Positions 60,643 through 64,000 of a stretch of 64,000 nucleotides of DNA are shown in pieces (position 1 is the stretch's first letter; every line of letters begins with the position of its first letter). Source of the DNA: Promethearchaeia archaeon. GTDB taxonomy: Archaea > Asgardarchaeota > Lokiarchaeia > Sigyniarchaeales > SOKP01. The stretch spans positions 64,001-128,000 of the forward strand of contig JAHQWK010000012.1 in NCBI GenBank assembly GCA_029856145.1, given 5' to 3'. A program made the position numbers and the translations under genes. A model generated the notes under the pieces. That model made no database searches and was not told the origin of the DNA. It saw only the letters and a program-made list of their open reading frames with translations.

Positions 60643-61701
60643 GTGAAAAAAAAAATGGAATTTTGGTATGCATTAATAGTAGGACTTATTATTGGAGGTA
60701 TTTTTGGTTTTATATTACAGCGCGGAAGATTCTGTATGAATTCAGCCTTCAGAGATATCATTTTAATGAAAGAATTTAAGCTCGCAAAAGCAGTCGTGGT
60801 CTCATTGGCCGTCTTAATGATTGGTTTCGCGATATTTGCATTTGGCGGAGTAATTAATTTAGCTCCAAAACCATTTAAACCATGGGCAGCAATAGTTGGT
60901 GGTTTAATATTTGGAGGTGGAATGGTTCTTGCAGCTGGGTGTGCAAGTGGAACTACATATCGAGTCGGAGAAGGAATGATGGGATCTTTTGTCGCTGCTG
61001 TTGGGTTAACAACCGGTGCAATAATGACAAAGTTTGGGCCTCTAAATCCATCAATGCTATTCTTACAAGATGTTGTAGTTGGAGGAAACCTTACAATTTT
61101 TGGAGAATTCGCAGACTTAGGAACAATATTACCGACTTTGATGATTATTATTGGTATAGTAGGGATTGCCCTTATGCTTTTTTTCTGGGGATGGCCAGCT
61201 ATAAAGAAAAAAAGAGAAGCAAAGGAACCTTTAATAAAAACTGAAAATTTTGTAGAATCAACCTTTAAAAAAGGATGGCCTTGGTGGGTTACTGGTATTG
61301 GTGTTGGTATAATATTAATAGCTGGTTACGTTGCTAGTAATGGTGTAGTAGGTATTACAGGTGGTTGGATTAATATCGATTTATGGCTCGTTTTTGGAGG
61401 GTTAAGTCCTATTGGATGGACTGGTGCTATAATTTTCGGTATTATCCTTGGATCATTCGTTAGTGCTATTATCGCTAAAGAGTTTAAGTTTAGGGTTCCG
61501 AAAGAAGGGTTCACATTGGTTAAGCAGTTTATAGGCGGAGGCTTAATGGGATTTGGTGCTGTAACAGCGATGGGATGTAATATAACAAACATATTAGGTG
61601 GAGTACCTCAGTTTTCATTACATAGTATTATAGCGGGCGCATGTATAATGTTTGGAGCTTGGATAGCAGCTTATCTTCTATTTATGTGGAGACAAGACTA
61701 A
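60643..61701 (+). CDS. YeeE/YedE (thiosulfate/sulfur compound) transporter
   Basis: LQRGRFCM, GMVLAAGCASG, MGFGA...GCNI. Confidence 0.9.
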   Translation: MKKKMEFWYALIVGLIIGGIFGFILQRGRFCMNSAFRDIILMKEFKLAKAVVVSLAVLMIGFAIFAFGGVINLAPKPFKPWAAIVGGLIFGGGMVLAAGCASGTTYRVGEGMMGSFVAAVGLTTGAIMTKFGPLNPSMLFLQDVVVGGNLTIFGEFADLGTILPTLMIIIGIVGIALMLFFWGWPAIKKKREAKEPLIKTENFVESTFKKGWPWWVTGIGVGIILIAGYVASNGVVGITGGWINIDLWLVFGGLSPIGWTGAIIFGIILGSFVSAIIAKEFKFRVPKEGFTLVKQFIGGGLMGFGAVTAMGCNITNILGGVPQFSLHSIIAGACIMFGAWIAAYLLFMWRQD

Positions 61702-61723
61702 CTTTTGGAGATGAGAGAGAAAT

Positions 61724-62086
61724 ATGGGACGACTTGGAATACTTTTTTTCAATGGACCATACCAAGCAGAGTCTGCTGAAACTGTTTGTAAATTAGCGAG
61801 CACAGCATTAGATAAAGGTCATGAAGTGCGAATTTTTTGCTATATGGATGCTGTCAATGCAGCTTTAGAAAATCAAAAAGATATTGAAGGAATATATAAC
61901 ATCGAAAAAGCGTTCAAAGAAATCCTTGAAAAAGGAGCAACTGTGAGATTATGTAACCTATGTCTTTTAGTGAGAGGTACCATGAAAAATTGTTTAAAGA
62001 GAGAATGCGGAGATGTTAAAAGAGCTGGGACACCAGATCTTGCTAAGATTATTGATGAAACTGATAAATTAATAGTAATATGTTAA
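61724..62086 (+). CDS. DsrE/TusD-like sulfur relay protein
   Basis: GPY, GHEV.IF.YMDAV, C..C...RG. Confidence 0.85.
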   Translation: MGRLGILFFNGPYQAESAETVCKLASTALDKGHEVRIFCYMDAVNAALENQKDIEGIYNIEKAFKEILEKGATVRLCNLCLLVRGTMKNCLKRECGDVKRAGTPDLAKIIDETDKLIVIC

Positions 62087-62097
62087 GGTGATAATAA

Positions 62098-62442
62098 ATG
62101 TCAGAAGAAAAAGAAGTAGTAATACTTTTACGGCAACCCCCTCATGGAACACTTTATCCCGTTGAGGGTCTAAGAATGTCGGTTGCTGTAAGTGCAGATT
62201 TTGATCCAATAACCATTGCTATTAATGATGGTGTCTATACCTTTCTTAAAGATGTAGATAAAACGATGTATTCAATGCACATAGATTTTCTTAAGAATAT
62301 TGACTTGGATATTTATGTAGATAAGAAATCACTTGATGAACGTGGTCTTACGAAAGATGATCTAATAGAACAAATTGAGATCAAAGAACATGGTGAAATT
62401 TTGAAAATGATTGAAAATTCAACCGTAACTATACCATTTTAG
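62098..62442 (+). CDS. DsrF/TusC-like protein
   Basis: PPHGT, EGLR, DGVY, SL.ERGL. Confidence 0.85.
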   Translation: MSEEKEVVILLRQPPHGTLYPVEGLRMSVAVSADFDPITIAINDGVYTFLKDVDKTMYSMHIDFLKNIDLDIYVDKKSLDERGLTKDDLIEQIEIKEHGEILKMIENSTVTIPF

Positions 62443-62447
62443 GAGGT

Positions 62448-62756
62448 TTGATGACAATGAGCAAAAAAGTCTTGTATTTTATCACAAGTGAAGATATCAC
62501 AGGAGTAGAACTTGCTATGGAACATACTGATGAAGATGATGTAACAATTCTCTTACTCCAAAATGCTGTATATTTCGCAAATAAAACCAATAAAACTGTT
62601 TCACAAGCACTCAATCAAAAGAAAACTGTAGCAGCCTGTAAAGAGCATATAGATTTACGAGGTTTAAACAATTTCGTCTCTGATAAAATTAAATTAGTTG
62701 CTTCCGAACAAGTTATCGACTTAATTTTCGAAAATGATACTATCATAAATATGTAA
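62448..62756 (+). CDS. DsrH/TusB-like protein
   Basis: ILLLQNAVY, EH..LRG, IDLI. Confidence 0.8.
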   Translation: MMTMSKKVLYFITSEDITGVELAMEHTDEDDVTILLLQNAVYFANKTNKTVSQALNQKKTVAACKEHIDLRGLNNFVSDKIKLVASEQVIDLIFENDTIINM

Positions 62757-62900
62757 TTGACAAAATTTAATCATTCTAAATTTTTTTTTAATTTTTTTAT
62801 TCTTGTAGATAAATTAGTCTAGATTTAAAACTTAATTACTCAAAGGTAAAATCTTAATTGATTCTATTATAACCTAAATTCTTTTAATTTTTGTTTCTAT

Positions 62901-63962
62901 TTGACACTTATGAGTGTAAAAAAAGAAAGCTCAAATATAATCCGCCTAGCACATGGGGCGGGTGGAAGTTTACAAGAAGAATTAATTGATTTCATCACTA
63001 AAAATATTCCTTTTAAAAATATAAATAATGGGATTGGAGTTGAGGCATTAGATGATGGTGCTACAATTCCTTTAAATGGTTATGAAAAAGAAATCGTTGT
63101 AACAGCAGATGGGCATACAATTTATCCTCTTTTCTTTCCTGGGGGAGATTTAGGAACTTTAAGCATTTGTGGAACTGTAAATGATCTTTTAATGATGGGT
63201 GCAGAACCATTAGCTTTAACGTCCATGATAATCATAGAAGAAGGTTTTGAATTCAAAAGTTTAGAAAAAATAATTAATTCAATGAATATAATGACACAAA
63301 AAGCGAATATTGCAATAATTGCGGGAGATACTAAAATAATGCCCCGAGGATCATTAAATGAAATAATTATAGCAACAACAGGGATAGGAATAAAAGATAA
63401 AAGCATAAATATTTTAGATAGCCGCCTAAAAGTTGGAGATCATATAATTATAACTGGGAGTATAGGAGATCATGGAACAGCACTAATGGCTTCTCGAGAA
63501 GGGTTAAATATTTCTACGGACCTAAAGTCAGATCTTTCACTTTTATTAGAAATTCATAATGCAATCAAGTTTGAAATTAATAATAATTTTATTCATGCTA
63601 TGAAGGATCCAACACGTGGAGGTATTGCAGCTGCTTTAAATGTTTGGGCCGTGAAATCAAATGTAAGCATCTGGATTGATGAGGAAAAAGTCCCGCTTAA
63701 AAAACAAGTCACAGCTATATGTGATATGTTAGGATTAGATCCATACAATATAGCAAGCGAAGGGAGAGCTCTCTTAGCAGTTGATCCAGAGCATTCTGCA
63801 AAAATATTAAAAAAAATCAAGTCAACTGAGATCGGAAAAGATGCTGAAATAATTGGGGAGGTAAAAGTACAAAATCCTCGAAGAGTGTTCTTAAAAACAA
63901 TTGTAGGAGGAACCCGGTTTATAGATATGCCTCTGGGGGACCCAATACCTCGTATTTGTTAA
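62901..63962 (+). CDS. hypE: Hydrogenase maturation carbamoyl dehydratase HypE
   Basis: LAHGAGG, FFPGGDLG, GTVNDL, AGDTK, DPTRGG, C-terminal PRIC. Confidence 0.95.
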   Translation: MTLMSVKKESSNIIRLAHGAGGSLQEELIDFITKNIPFKNINNGIGVEALDDGATIPLNGYEKEIVVTADGHTIYPLFFPGGDLGTLSICGTVNDLLMMGAEPLALTSMIIIEEGFEFKSLEKIINSMNIMTQKANIAIIAGDTKIMPRGSLNEIIIATTGIGIKDKSINILDSRLKVGDHIIITGSIGDHGTALMASREGLNISTDLKSDLSLLLEIHNAIKFEINNNFIHAMKDPTRGGIAAALNVWAVKSNVSIWIDEEKVPLKKQVTAICDMLGLDPYNIASEGRALLAVDPEHSAKILKKIKSTEIGKDAEIIGEVKVQNPRRVFLKTIVGGTRFIDMPLGDPIPRIC

Positions 63963-64000
63963 TCATTGTATCCATTCTTATCTTTTTTACATAAAATTTT

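Noticed and set aside
7557-63820. Short antisense or overlapping ORFs in the track (e.g. 7557, 13298, 17315, 21397, 45110, 58859, 60882, 63122)
   Set aside because: They overlap well-supported genes and carry no recognisable motifs; treated as shadow ORFs.
1-64000. CRISPR arrays, tRNA/rRNA genes, intact transposases
   Set aside because: No regularly spaced repeats, cloverleaf, GC-rich RNA-length segment or transposase ORF seen by eye; a tRNAscan/Infernal run would be needed to exclude them fully.

Overview
AT-rich, gene-dense archaeal chromosome segment, most consistent with an Asgard archaeon (Lokiarchaeia-like). The evidence is TBP, eL13, an archaeosortase and UPF0147, alongside five small GTPases and several longin/uDENN- and roadblock-domain proteins. 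Metabolism fits an amino-acid fermenter: tdh/kbl, BKACE plus a 3-hydroxyacyl dehydrogenase, ald, ADP-forming acetate-CoA ligase, PEP synthase and a stand-alone MtrH. It also carries a group 3c hydrogenase/heterodisulfide reductase operon, Ni maturation genes and a TusA-YeeE-DsrEFH sulfur relay. Main discoveries: (1) an unannotated 48-codon selenoprotein gene vhuU (57044-57190, in-frame UGA in RCFDCULSCAAH) that supplies the C-terminal Ni-binding motif missing from the large subunit, followed by a non-canonical SECIS-like structure; (2) a dispersed signalling-like toolkit of uDENN/longin domains fused to Rab-like or Rag-like GTPases, a Rag-like GTPase next to a roadblock protein, a 7TM protein, and a CUB-domain single-pass receptor ending in a longin-wHTH module; (3) an apparently catalytically dead ATP-cone NrdD paralog; (4) a ~150-nt multi-stem intergenic element; (5) an acetone-carboxylase/hydantoinase gene remnant. 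No rRNA, tRNA, CRISPR array or intact transposase was recognised. All assignments come from reading motifs by eye; no searches were run.
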